64,000 bases of DNA from Candidatus Aenigmatarchaeota archaeon (GCA_038999725.1 JAWBWS010000001.1:64001-128000), one strand, 5' to 3'. Shown: positions 8,352-17,717, numbered from the stretch's first letter. The notes: generated by a model not told the origin, from the sequence alone. A program made the numbers and translations.

Positions 8352-10442
8352 TTAAATCGGCGTGATACCTGCTGTTGTGGCTGCAGTGACCTTAACAGCT
8401 TTAGCTGTCTGGTCTTTAAGTAATGTATCGTATTGTTGAACCACAGAGCATGCTGTTCTTGTGTTAGCTGCTTCCCATCCTGCCACAACTATTGTGAACT
8501 TGCCTTTGGCAGGATAGTCTTCAACTACTTTTATTATAGCAGCATTCTCTGGTATTGTTGAAGCTGCTCCACAAGCTGGGAATGTTAGACCCAAAGCTGC
8601 GGCAGCTTCCTTGTTGACACATGGTCCACCAACTACGACAAGATTCTTTGTCTTGTCTGTAGCAGTAAGCTCAGTGTCAAGTCTTGCTATTGGCATTGTA
8701 ACTGAGACATATTTCTTGTAAGTTTGTCCTTCTACTGCTGCTCCCAGCTTACCAACATAGACTTTTGCCTTTTGTTGGTCAGCCGGAAGGCTTATTACAA
8801 CCTTGTTTGTTACTGAGTTGGACTTAATTCCCTCTATCACTGTTCCATAGTCAAGAGTTTCTTTCCATTCTTGTGCTCCTTTTTCACTCGTTCCTACTAT
8901 TACATCTACTCCTTCAGCTTCTGATTCTTTATAACCAAGGATGAACTTCTTTGCTGTTGCATCGTAAGTGAATAGAGATTTTATGAGGTCTGTGTCTTGT
9001 GTATCTATCGTTAATGTAGCCACAGTTGGTGGTAATGATGCACTTGTAGCATTGTTGTATAGTATGTTGAATGTATGCTTGTCATATTTTCCTGAAAGTG
9101 CTATACCATTATCTAGTGAAGTATTGGTCCAGGCGCTACCACTCACTATCTTACCAAGCGAATCATCATAGTATGCCAATCGTAAGTGTTCAGAACCACT
9201 AGTGTAATTGTAAGCAATGTATGCCTTGCTATATTGCTCTCCATAAAATACTGGCTTGTCAGCTGTAATAACAATAGCCGGCAATTCTGCCTCCAGCTTT
9301 GTATCTGGATTAGCTATGTTGTAAATTCCACCATATGTCTTTCCTGGTGTAATTGTTAACTTGACGAAATCTTTAACTGCTAACTCATGGAAGCCTAAGT
9401 CGAAGTAATCATTTGGAACAATTACTTTCTCTCCAGCCTTTAGATATTTGTTCGTCTCGTTTATTAGGGAATAAGTCAAAGCTATGTAATCTAGATTTTG
9501 TGTTGATTTTGTGGCTTCTATGTCAAATGTCCAATAGTCGTTCAATGGGAAGGCGTCTCCGTCACCATATTCCTTGAGGGTCTTGCCTTTTGGTCCTACA
9601 ACAATATCTGCTTTTACCACAACATTGTCACTTGTAGCAATCACGTCCAGGAGCATTACCTCTAAGCCGGTGACCGAACTTGTAGCTGCAGTAGATCCTT
9701 TTCTAGGCCAGACTGTGTCAACTCTACTGTCTCCTTTCATTATGTTTATTTTCGCCCAATCAGTACCACCCATCTCTGCGTAAAATGTGTACTCACCGTA
9801 TGTTAGTCCAGTTTTTCCATCAATCGATCCTGTTACACCTGTCAACACTTTGATTTTATCATCATCTGTAACATTCACGATTGAGAACTCTTGACCAAAC
9901 AGCTTTACTTTGAACAACTTGTCATAACTTCCTGCCAATTTTATTGGTGTCGTGAACTTTACCTTGTATGTTAGTAGGGTTGTCGCAGAGGAAAGATCTA
10001 CATATACAGTTCCATTTAGCTCTGCATCATGTTTAACTACAGCATTAGGAATTGTAATTTCTTCTACTAGCCAAGAGCTTTGGTCTTCATAGGTTATTGT
10101 TTCTCTTCTCAAGAGGGGTACTTGAGTTTGTGTCAAAGGATCTGTACCGAATTGGGTTGTTAGATCAGCATCGAATGCTACTGATACCTCTTTTCCTGTC
10201 ACCGCTGCAGCTGCTCCTGGTAATGTAACCTCTTCTGTTGATAGCCCTGCCAAAGTTATTGCTATGTCTGCTGCTCCTACAACATCCTCAGGCTTGGCAG
10301 TTGCTCCAATTACTATTAGCCAATCTTCCACTGGCGTACCAAGTGAGGGTATGGCATCGCCAAGGGTTACTGCCAAGACCGGATAAACTGTTGTAAGAGC
10401 GGTCAATGCAGCCATAAGGCCTGCAATCAACTTTTCTTTCAT
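8352..10442 (-). CDS. S-layer protein (Methanococcus/Thermococcus-type N- and C-terminal domains)
   Basis: Signal peptide; IVIGATAKPEDVVGAADIA at N-terminus; NLVVVGGPCVN and IVVAGWEAANT at C-terminus; several NxS/T sequons. Confidence 0.88.
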   Translation of the reverse strand: MKEKLIAGLMAALTALTTVYPVLAVTLGDAIPSLGTPVEDWLIVIGATAKPEDVVGAADIAITLAGLSTEEVTLPGAAAAVTGKEVSVAFDADLTTQFGTDPLTQTQVPLLRRETITYEDQSSWLVEEITIPNAVVKHDAELNGTVYVDLSSATTLLTYKVKFTTPIKLAGSYDKLFKVKLFGQEFSIVNVTDDDKIKVLTGVTGSIDGKTGLTYGEYTFYAEMGGTDWAKINIMKGDSRVDTVWPRKGSTAATSSVTGLEVMLLDVIATSDNVVVKADIVVGPKGKTLKEYGDGDAFPLNDYWTFDIEATKSTQNLDYIALTYSLINETNKYLKAGEKVIVPNDYFDLGFHELAVKDFVKLTITPGKTYGGIYNIANPDTKLEAELPAIVITADKPVFYGEQYSKAYIAYNYTSGSEHLRLAYYDDSLGKIVSGSAWTNTSLDNGIALSGKYDKHTFNILYNNATSASLPPTVATLTIDTQDTDLIKSLFTYDATAKKFILGYKESEAEGVDVIVGTSEKGAQEWKETLDYGTVIEGIKSNSVTNKVVISLPADQQKAKVYVGKLGAAVEGQTYKKYVSVTMPIARLDTELTATDKTKNLVVVGGPCVNKEAAAALGLTFPACGAASTIPENAAIIKVVEDYPAKGKFTIVVAGWEAANTRTACSVVQQYDTLLKDQTAKAVKVTAATTAGITPI

Positions 10443-10465
10443 ATTTTTACCTCAATTTTTCCTTT

Positions 10466-10546
10466 CTGTTCAGTACAGCAAGGGCTATACTGAACAGTCT
10501 CGGGATTTTTCTTAAATAAAAATTAATTTTTGTGGCTATATATAAA
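10466..10546 (-). promoter_or_regulatory. S-layer promoter (TATA) and 14-bp 5'-UTR hairpin
   Basis: TTTATATA at ~10537-10546; CTGTTCAGTATAGC-cctt-GCTGTACTGAACAG at 10466-10497; GAGGT SD at 10449-10453. Confidence 0.65.
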
Positions 10547-10686
10547 TTTCCTGAAACAATTTATAAGAAATTGAAACTGTTTCACCAAACCCATAAAAAC
10601 AGGTTTATAGCCAATTATAAAATCGCTAATTGTTTCTAGAGTAAAAATATGACAAAAAATATAAAAATAAAGCTTTATTTAGACTT

Positions 10687-11592
10687 TTAGAAAAACTTAA
10701 ACTTTTTCTTCACAATTTTCAGCTTGTTTGTCCTCCCAAGTCTCTTGATTTCTATTAACCCACGATCTGCCAAGCTTCTAACAACCCTTGAGACCTTTGC
10801 TTTTGATAAGTTTGTGATCTGAACCACTTTCTTCTGGTTAACTTCTCCACCTGCAGCAATTATAGCGTCCATAACTTTTCTCTCAAATTCATCCAAAACA
10901 GAAAGAATTATCTTCTCCGACTTCTTGAAAAATCTGAAGTAAATCAAAACTGAAGCGAAAATTGTAACAAAAAGGGAAATGCCCAAGTAAAATAAAGCTT
11001 GTGAGAATCGATCTTCCTTAAATTTTTCATAAATTATCCTAAACCTTAGCTCTTGATCTTCAGAAATATTCAGCAACTTCCAAGTTACTATGTGATGCCT
11101 GCCATCACTAAATATTGTCACGTTCTGTGGAAAAGAAAGCCTTCCTTTTACTTCCTCACCAACCAAAGAAAATCCCTCTGGGAGTTTGACCGAAATAAAG
11201 ACGCTTGTTATTTTTCTACCCAAACTAAAATCTGCATCAAAGATGTGATTTTTATCAATAACTTTAACAAAGTCACTTGTCTCGAAATTCAGCTCAATTG
11301 TTCTTCTCTCTTGTGTTAAGTTTAGTTTACATTTAACAACACTTATGGCTCCTGAATTTAAACTGCAATCGATTGGCAAACCCATGCTACTTGCATTCAA
11401 CTTTTCCATTCTCCCTATCAAACTCAATTCAAATTCTCCTTCGGGTTGAAGGAAAGTTATTGTTAATTTGGTTTTAGTTCTTCCCCTTTCGTCTATTACA
11501 GCATCTATACCATAATATTGAATTTGAGCAAAAACTGTGGAAGAAAGCAAAGCTAAAACCAAAAAAAATGATGTTAAAGCTAAAAGTTTCAC
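10687..11592 (-). CDS. Membrane-anchored protein with C-terminal winged HTH (COG2512-like)
   Basis: Signal peptide, extracellular domain, TM, then QKKVVQITNLSKAKVSRVVRSLADRGLIEIKRLGRTN. Confidence 0.85.
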   Translation of the reverse strand: MKLLALTSFFLVLALLSSTVFAQIQYYGIDAVIDERGRTKTKLTITFLQPEGEFELSLIGRMEKLNASSMGLPIDCSLNSGAISVVKCKLNLTQERRTIELNFETSDFVKVIDKNHIFDADFSLGRKITSVFISVKLPEGFSLVGEEVKGRLSFPQNVTIFSDGRHHIVTWKLLNISEDQELRFRIIYEKFKEDRFSQALFYLGISLFVTIFASVLIYFRFFKKSEKIILSVLDEFERKVMDAIIAAGGEVNQKKVVQITNLSKAKVSRVVRSLADRGLIEIKRLGRTNKLKIVKKKFKFF

Positions 11593-11627
11593 AAATAAAA
11601 TGAGTTTTCTTGTTAATTTATATTTTC

Positions 11628-12626
11628 CTATTTCAACACAAGATTAATCCCGAGTCCACACTTTGGGCATCTCCCATCTACCAAGTTTATCTTCTTTGTG
11701 GAAAGGTTTTCCCTTATTATTAAAGGTTCTTGACAATTGTAACAATAGGTGTTTTGATTTGGATTTTTCGATACATTGCTTATGTAAACGAACCTTAAAC
11801 CTGCAGCCCTAGCAACATCGGCACATCTCTCTAAAACACTAATTGGCGTGGCAGGCAAGCCTGGAAATTTTGGACTTGGATGAAATTGCAACACGTGAAA
11901 GGGAATTTCTGAACCAAACTCCATGTTTATGAGCTCGGCAAGCTTTCTACATTCCTCTAAATCATCCCCCACTTGTGGAATTATTGTATTGGCAATTTCA
12001 AGGAATATCCTGTGTTTTTTCATTTGTTTAAGTGTATCTATAACTGGAGAAATCTCAGGAATCAAACCGTATTGTGTCATGAATTGTTTAGAGCCAGAAG
12101 CTTTAAATCTTACGCTTGCTGCATCAAGATATTTTGCTATTTTCTTTACAGCATCTTCTGTCACATAGCCGTTAGTCACGAAAATATTTTTTATATTGGC
12201 TCTGTGAGCATATTTTGCTATCTTGAATGTAAACTCAAAAGATATTGTAGGTTCTGTAAAAGAATAGGATATGCTCTTACACCCTTTCTTTTCTGCAGCC
12301 TCCGCCACATCTTCTGCTGAAATCTCCTTGGCTTCTAAATTTTCCAAAGCAGAACCATTTATACAAAAATTATCATTCAGCTCACAACCTGGAAGTGAAA
12401 CAAAAAGGCTTTTGGACTTTGGTAAGAAGTGAAATAAAAGGCTTTTTTCTACCCAATCAACATTTAAACCTAAAACTTTCTCGTAGTTAAGGGTGTAAAG
12501 TTTATTGTTTTCATTTTTTCTAACTTGGCAAAGGCCAAATTTTTCTTTAGAGATAAAGCATCTTGCATGGCAAAGGTCGCAACGCACACCATTTCTTTCC
12601 TTGTGCCAAAGCATAGCTTCTTGCAT
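11628..12626 (-). CDS. AmmeMemoRadiSam-type radical SAM protein (PflA-like) with CxxxDxxC motif
   Basis: N-terminal CDLCHARC...GLCQVR, EKxxLFHFLP, YSFTEPT, VTNGY, C-terminal CYNC/CPKCG. Confidence 0.85.
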   Translation of the reverse strand: MQEAMLWHKERNGVRCDLCHARCFISKEKFGLCQVRKNENNKLYTLNYEKVLGLNVDWVEKSLLFHFLPKSKSLFVSLPGCELNDNFCINGSALENLEAKEISAEDVAEAAEKKGCKSISYSFTEPTISFEFTFKIAKYAHRANIKNIFVTNGYVTEDAVKKIAKYLDAASVRFKASGSKQFMTQYGLIPEISPVIDTLKQMKKHRIFLEIANTIIPQVGDDLEECRKLAELINMEFGSEIPFHVLQFHPSPKFPGLPATPISVLERCADVARAAGLRFVYISNVSKNPNQNTYCYNCQEPLIIRENLSTKKINLVDGRCPKCGLGINLVLK

Positions 12627-12686
12627 TCTCTTCCCCTTAAAAAATCTACAAATATAATATTAGTCGTGTAAAGAAATATAGATTAG

Positions 12687-12770
12687 GCCCCAGTAGCTCA
12701 GCCTGGAAGAGCAACTACCTCGTAAAGTCGAAAAAGTAGTGGGTCGAGGGTTCAAATCCCTCCTGGGGCT
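12687..12770 (+). tRNA. tRNA-Thr(CGU), 10-nt intron at 37/38
   Basis: GCCCCAG/CTGGGGC, ACTAC-CTCGTA[aagtcgaaaa]A-GTAGT, GAGGG-TTCAAAT-CCCTC. Confidence 0.9.
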
Positions 12771-12844
12771 TTATTTAATCCAAATCATTAAACCTGCACT
12801 AGCAAATAGAATGAATTAAAGGTTTTATAAGTTAATTCAATCTT

Positions 12845-13786
12845 ATGATAAGAATACTATTTTTCTCCAGTAAAGAATACTTTAGCTATGGTTTTGAAAA
12901 CCATCCTTTCTCTAGAGAGAGATATGAAGAAACCATTAAAGAAATGGAAAGAAGGAATTTGTTCGATAGAGAAAATTTAAAAATAATTGAACCGAAAAGA
13001 GCAAGCGAAAAAATTTTAAGGCTGTTTCATTCTCAAGATTACATAAATATAGTGAAAGAGCTTTCTGAAAAGGGGGAAGGTTATTTAGATCCAGACACAC
13101 CTGCTTTCAAAGGAATGTTTGAAGTAAGTAGCACAGTCGTAGGGGCTTCTGTGGAGGCTGTTGAAAGAGTTTTAAAAGGCGAAGCTGACAAAAGCTTTAA
13201 CTTGGTTGGTGGATTACATCACGCAAAGAGGCAAGGAAGCTCGGGATTTTGTATTTTTAATGATGTGGCAATTGCAATAAGTTATGCTTTGGATAAGTTA
13301 AAAGCCAAAAGAATTTTTTATGTTGATGTAGATGCTCACCATGGGGATGGAGTCTTTTATAGTTTTTATGAGGATGAAAGAGTTTGGATTGCTGACATTC
13401 ACCAAGATGGTACAACTTTATTTCCTGGGACAGGATTTGAGTTTGAAGTTGGGGGAGGAAAAGCCTATGGGACAAAGAGGAATTTTTCCCTACCTCCTTA
13501 TTCTGGAGACAAAGAATTGATGGAAGCTTTATGTAAAATTTTAGAGTTCGGTGAAAAAGCTGAACCTGAAATAATCCTGCTTCAAGCAGGAGCTGATGGA
13601 ATAAAAGGAGATCCTTTAACTCAATTGCAATATTCTTTGAAAGCCCACTCAAAGTTTGTGAGAGAAATAAATGAATTGGCAGAAAAAATTTGTGAAGGTA
13701 AGCTTATAATTTTTGGAGGAGGAGGCTATAACATAACCAATTGTAAGAAGGCTTGGTCTAATGCATTAGAGATATTGTTGAAGTGA
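12845..13786 (+). CDS. Histone deacetylase family protein (AcuC-like)
   Basis: GGLHHA, SGFCIFND, DVDAHHGDG, FPGTG, QAGADG, GGGGY. Confidence 0.93.
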   Translation: MIRILFFSSKEYFSYGFENHPFSRERYEETIKEMERRNLFDRENLKIIEPKRASEKILRLFHSQDYINIVKELSEKGEGYLDPDTPAFKGMFEVSSTVVGASVEAVERVLKGEADKSFNLVGGLHHAKRQGSSGFCIFNDVAIAISYALDKLKAKRIFYVDVDAHHGDGVFYSFYEDERVWIADIHQDGTTLFPGTGFEFEVGGGKAYGTKRNFSLPPYSGDKELMEALCKILEFGEKAEPEIILLQAGADGIKGDPLTQLQYSLKAHSKFVREINELAEKICEGKLIIFGGGGYNITNCKKAWSNALEILLK

Positions 13787-13845
13787 ATTTAAACTTGCAA
13801 TCATCAGGCTTAAGAATTAAAATTGCAAAATAAAAATGAGGTGAA

Positions 13846-14172
13846 ATGATGGAAATCCTGCTTTGGATAGAGCAAAAGAATTTGCAAAAGGTTAAGGATA
13901 TTTTGCTTAAAGATGATGTTGTGTCAAGAGCTAGTATAACTTTCAAAGAAGCAAAAATAATGACTAACAAAGAAGGTTACTATTCTTATATTTCTGGTAC
14001 AGAAGAGCAATGTGTGAGGGCTTTAGAGATAGTAAAACTTAAAAATGAAAAAACAGGTGAAATAGTTGAATTAGCCAGAGAGGTAAAAGAAGAAGAAAGG
14101 AAGGAAGTGATAAATAAAATTAAAGAAGAAGAAAGGAAGGCAATGGAAGGATTTGGGGGTATATTTGGATAA
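13846..14172 (+). CDS. Hypothetical protein
   Basis: GAGGTGA SD; 108 aa ending AMEGFGGIFG. Confidence 0.75.
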   Translation: MMEILLWIEQKNLQKVKDILLKDDVVSRASITFKEAKIMTNKEGYYSYISGTEEQCVRALEIVKLKNEKTGEIVELAREVKEEERKEVINKIKEEERKAMEGFGGIFG

Positions 14173-14187
14173 ATTGCATTTCAACTC

Positions 14188-14304
14188 GCGCTGGTAGTCC
14201 AGTCGAGAATGACTCTGGATTGGTCTAAGACGTCGATTTAAGCGGAACCCTGCCAACCAGAGGACAGAGCGGCGGAGACCCGGGTTCAAATCCCGGCCAG
14301 CGCA
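14188..14304 (+). tRNA. tRNA-Gly(GCC), three introns (D-loop 14204-14221; 29/30 14236-14247; 37/38 14256-14269)
   Basis: Removing the three segments gives a 73-nt cloverleaf: GCGCTGG...TCGCC-CTGCCAC-GGCGG...CCAGCGCA. Confidence 0.9.
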
Positions 14305-14439
14305 TTTAACTTTTTTCTTCAATTCTCCTTTCTTGGAAGCTTGAGTAGTAAGCCAACTGACGATGTTGCTGGGTTTGGAGGGCTAGAGTGCATTTAAGCT
14401 TATATTTCTGAATTCTAAATAATTTTATTGTTGATTTCC

Positions 14440-14949
14440 ATGATTTTTGGAAAGAAAAAAGATGAAAAAGAAGAACAAAAAATTTTTTCAAAAATTGAAG
14501 AGATTAAGCTCCCTACACTTGAAGAAATTAAATCACAAGAAACTCTAAAAGAGCAAGAAAGGAAGATTGAATCCAAGCCCTTGATTGAAGAACCTATACA
14601 TCCTCAGCCATTGCCACAAAAAAGTGAAATTGTGAGAAAATTGCCCCTTTTTGTAAAACTTGAAAATTACGAAGAACTTATTACAGCGATAAGTGAACTA
14701 AAAGAAGTTTTGAGTTTGATTAAAACCTCTTTTTCTTTGCTTGAAGAGGGTGAAAGAACAAAAATTGAAGCTATGGGAACAATCAAAGAAAACTTAAGCA
14801 AGGTAGAAGAAAAAATTTCCTATTTGAATTCAAGTTTGCTGGCTTCCGTACAAGAAGAAAAGAAATACCAAACTGAAGAAATCAAGAATTCTCTTTTAGA
14901 ATTGAAAGCAAAAATTGAAAAACTTAAACAAGAAATGCAGAGAATTTGA
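14440..14949 (+). CDS. Hypothetical coiled-coil protein
   Basis: E/K-rich ORF, PLFVKLENY followed by heptad-like region. Confidence 0.7.
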   Translation: MIFGKKKDEKEEQKIFSKIEEIKLPTLEEIKSQETLKEQERKIESKPLIEEPIHPQPLPQKSEIVRKLPLFVKLENYEELITAISELKEVLSLIKTSFSLLEEGERTKIEAMGTIKENLSKVEEKISYLNSSLLASVQEEKKYQTEEIKNSLLELKAKIEKLKQEMQRI

Positions 14950-14987
14950 TAAATTTTTTTCTTTTCTTTTTAAAAATAATTAATTGG

Positions 14988-15105
14988 GCAGGGGTAGCCA
15001 AGCGGTTAAAGGCGGCAGGCTCAAGTTTGGTTGAGCTTTGATCTGAGATGAAAGAAGGAACCTGCTGGCTTAGTGCCTTCGTGGGTTCGAATCCCACCCC
15101 CTGCA
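14988..15105 (+). tRNA. tRNA-Leu(CAA), 34-nt intron at 37/38 (15026-15059)
   Basis: GCAGGGG/CCCCTGC, GCAGG-CTCAAG[intron]A-CCTGC, long variable arm GGC-TTAGT-GCC. Confidence 0.93.
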
Positions 15106-15159
15106 TGATTTTTCTAACGTGCACCAGTCTTAATGAAATCGAAAAACTGAGTACAGAAT

Positions 15160-15319
15160 ATGAGAGTTGATATACACAATTATGAGAAGAGATTACAATA
15201 TTTTCTAAATAGACTGAATGGAATAGACAAAGAAAATAAAGAGGATATTTTTAAAATTTGTTAAGTATCTTTTTGCTGAAGGAATTTCAAAGGGAAGGAT
15301 TGCCAAGTATGTTTTTTGA
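15160..15319 (+). pseudogene. Truncated, frameshifted N-terminus of a tRNA-adjacent tyrosine recombinase/integrase
   Basis: MRVDIHNYEKRL...ENKEDI / LKFVKYLFAEGISKGRIAKYVF* resembles the N-terminal SAM-like region of archaeal integrases; extra T in the run at 15248-15252. Confidence 0.6.
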
Positions 15320-15354
15320 TAATAAATAATCAATCTATAAAGCAATATTAAATT

Positions 15355-16065
15355 ATGTTCAATCGGAAATCACTAAGAGAAATAGAAATTGATGCATACA
15401 GAAATTGTCAACTCAAAATTTTGTCTTTGCTAGATCCTCCAGAGGGAGAGAAAAATTTAAAACTTCTTGACATTGGTTGCGGTGATGGTAGCTTTTCACT
15501 TGAAGTAGCTAAAAAATGTAATGCAAAAGAAATTCATGGATTGGAAATAAATAAAGATGTTTTAGAAAAAGCGAAAAAGAAAGGAATTAAAATACACGAA
15601 GGGGATGCAAATAAAAAATTTCCTTTTAAAGACAATTTCTTTGATGTGATTATAGCCAATCAAGTTGTTGAACATTTATTAAATCCTGACAATTTTTTTG
15701 AAGAAATTCACAGGATATTGAAACCAAATGGATATTGTATAATATCCACCCCCAATTTATGTTCACTACATAATAGAATTTTTATATTGCTTGGGTGGCA
15801 AATCACGAATATTTCACCAAGCACAAAAGTTGTTTTTGGTAATCCTAACAGAGGTGCCCAAAGTAATATGTGGGGTCCATATAGACATTTAACTATATTC
15901 TCCCCACCTGCATTAAAAGAAATGTCCGAGTTTTATGGACTTAAGGTGGAAAAAATTACTGGAAGTGGGTTCCATCCCTTTAAGTCTCCAATGTCAAATT
16001 TCCTATCGACAATTTTTCCAAAATTGTCTGTCTTTCTCCTCGTAAAAGCGAGAAAACTAAAGTGA
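15355..16065 (+). CDS. Class I SAM-dependent methyltransferase
   Basis: LLDIGCGDG, FDVIIANQVVEHL, RILKPNG...STPN. Confidence 0.9.
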   Translation: MFNRKSLREIEIDAYRNCQLKILSLLDPPEGEKNLKLLDIGCGDGSFSLEVAKKCNAKEIHGLEINKDVLEKAKKKGIKIHEGDANKKFPFKDNFFDVIIANQVVEHLLNPDNFFEEIHRILKPNGYCIISTPNLCSLHNRIFILLGWQITNISPSTKVVFGNPNRGAQSNMWGPYRHLTIFSPPALKEMSEFYGLKVEKITGSGFHPFKSPMSNFLSTIFPKLSVFLLVKARKLK

Positions 16066-16236
16066 TTTTGTTGATTCTTCTGCTAAAGTCTGTTAAAAAT
16101 TTTGTTAATATGTGTTATGGTAATTACTGGAATTTACCGTTGCTTAGCTTTTTAAGCTCCTTAACTATTTCCTCTTTAAACGAAAAGTCTATTGTGGAAA
16201 ATAAAAAAAAGAAAGAAATACTAAAGTTTGTTCCTT

Positions 16237-16515
16237 CTAGAACACTTCTACCAATGTTTCATAGATTATGAGCAAGGCCCCAAGCAAAGCTAAGAGCCAG
16301 GCTACAAGCTCAAAAGCCTCTTTGATCAATCCAATTTGTGGTGAGACGTACATTGTAACGGCCGGAACTGACCATGCTGCTACAGACAAGAAAAGAGCGG
16401 CAGCAACGGCTATGAGTTGCCATCCTTTTGTCATCTTTATTTTTGCGTACTGTGCCAAAGCTACTGCTAGAAGGAACCCTACACCCAAACCAAGAGCTCC
16501 TTCAAATATTACCAT
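16237..16515 (-). CDS. Small membrane protein (3 TM)
   Basis: Hydrophobic ORF; AGGTGA upstream of ATG at 16515. Confidence 0.7.
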   Translation of the reverse strand: MVIFEGALGLGVGFLLAVALAQYAKIKMTKGWQLIAVAAALFLSVAAWSVPAVTMYVSPQIGLIKEAFELVAWLLALLGALLIIYETLVEVF

Positions 16516-16644
16516 AGCTTCACCTAATTTCAATTAAAGTAAGACAAGTATTAAAAGCTTTCTTCATCACCCAACATAAACTATTGTCTAGTGATAAAAA
16601 CTCTTCAGCTGTTTAATAGAATTTAAAAACAAGATTTTAATTAG

Positions 16645-17187
16645 ATGAGAATAGAACCTTCAAAGGCTTACAAACTTCTATCTCCAAGGATTGTTGTTTT
16701 ACTTACAACAATAAACTCAAGGCATGGAATGAATGTTATACCGATTGATTTCATCAGTCAAGTAAACCATTCTCCTCCCATAATTATGGTGGCAATTCAA
16801 ATAGGTAGCCAAACTTACAAGAACATAAAAGAAAATGGAGAGTTTGTAATAAACATTATGAGTAGAAAGCATTTTAATGAAGTGATGAGGTGTGCAACAA
16901 GATATCAAGAAGGAATAAACAAGATACAACAAGTTGGCTTACACCATTTTTCTTCTCAATTAGTCAAGGCGCCTAGAATAAAAGAAGCAAAAGCTTGGTT
17001 GGAATGTAAATTTGTGGATGAAATCCTTTTTAAAGATCATGCAGCAATCTTTGCTGAGATAATTTCTGCAGAGGTTTCTGACGAAATTGTGGTTAATGGT
17101 GAGATAGAATTCTCAAAAATTAATCCAATTCTCTATATTACAAAAGACTACAAAATAGAGTTCAAAGTTATGAAAAAGAAAAAATAA
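16645..17187 (+). CDS. Flavin reductase-like (flavoredoxin) protein
   Basis: PRIVVLLTT, TYKNIKENGEFVINI, VKAPRIKEAKAWLECK, DH. Confidence 0.88.
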   Translation: MRIEPSKAYKLLSPRIVVLLTTINSRHGMNVIPIDFISQVNHSPPIIMVAIQIGSQTYKNIKENGEFVINIMSRKHFNEVMRCATRYQEGINKIQQVGLHHFSSQLVKAPRIKEAKAWLECKFVDEILFKDHAAIFAEIISAEVSDEIVVNGEIEFSKINPILYITKDYKIEFKVMKKKK

Positions 17188-17201
17188 AAAATAATGAATC
17201 G

Positions 17202-17285
17202 CTACTCTTCTTCTGTTTCCTCTTCTTCCTCTTCTTCCCACTCTTCCTCTTCATTCCAAGTCTCATCAAATTCTTCAAACTCCAT
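17202..17285 (-). CDS. Hyper-acidic 27-aa microprotein
   Basis: MEFEEFDETWNEEEEWEEEEEEETEEE; AGGTGA SD and TTTAAATA upstream. Confidence 0.55.
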   Translation of the reverse strand: MEFEEFDETWNEEEEWEEEEEEETEEE

Positions 17286-17431
17286 TTTTTTCACCTATAT
17301 GTCTAAGTAAAGAAACGTCAAAGTATTTAAATCTTTACTATTTTTTAAAAAATCACCACTTTAGAGTGATTTTTCTGGATTGAAAAAAAAAATATAAAAG
17401 CTTAAATTTACTATTTCCTTATTTCTTTTTT

Positions 17432-17717
17432 GCAGGAGGTCCCTGGTCGGAGAGCTAGGCCCTCTCTACTGGCCTTGCCAGTGGCAAATGGTCTATATGG
17501 CCGACCAAAGCTCGAGGGCGGTGTAGCTCAGTGAACTATTCCAAGCTTGTCGACTGAGAAGTCTTGTCCCACAGGACCGACTTCCCATCAAACCCAGCCA
17601 GGCGAGGAATCGAGCAACTGTAAGATGGGTTGATCGGTGCTTGTGGCAAACAGGATGGAGAAGACGGCTTGGGTTAAATAGTTTGTTGAGTTACATCCAC
17701 CGAGAGCGACCTCCTGC
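17432..17717 (+). ncRNA. ffs: Signal recognition particle (7S) RNA
   Basis: Terminal helix GCAGGAGGTC/GACCTCCTGC; helix-8 motif GCCAGG-CGA-GGAA-TCG-AGCAAC; GCTAGGCC near 5' end; T-run after 3' end. Confidence 0.92.

Noticed and set aside
14071..15124. ORFs 14071-14322 and 14924-15124 (also 23991-24212 and 29304-29546)
   Set aside because: They overlap tRNA genes; chance frames.
17432..17717. GC-rich structured RNA considered as RNase P RNA or a novel ncRNA
   Set aside because: Lacks the RNase P GAGGAAAGUCC motif; has the SRP helix-8 signature and terminal helix.
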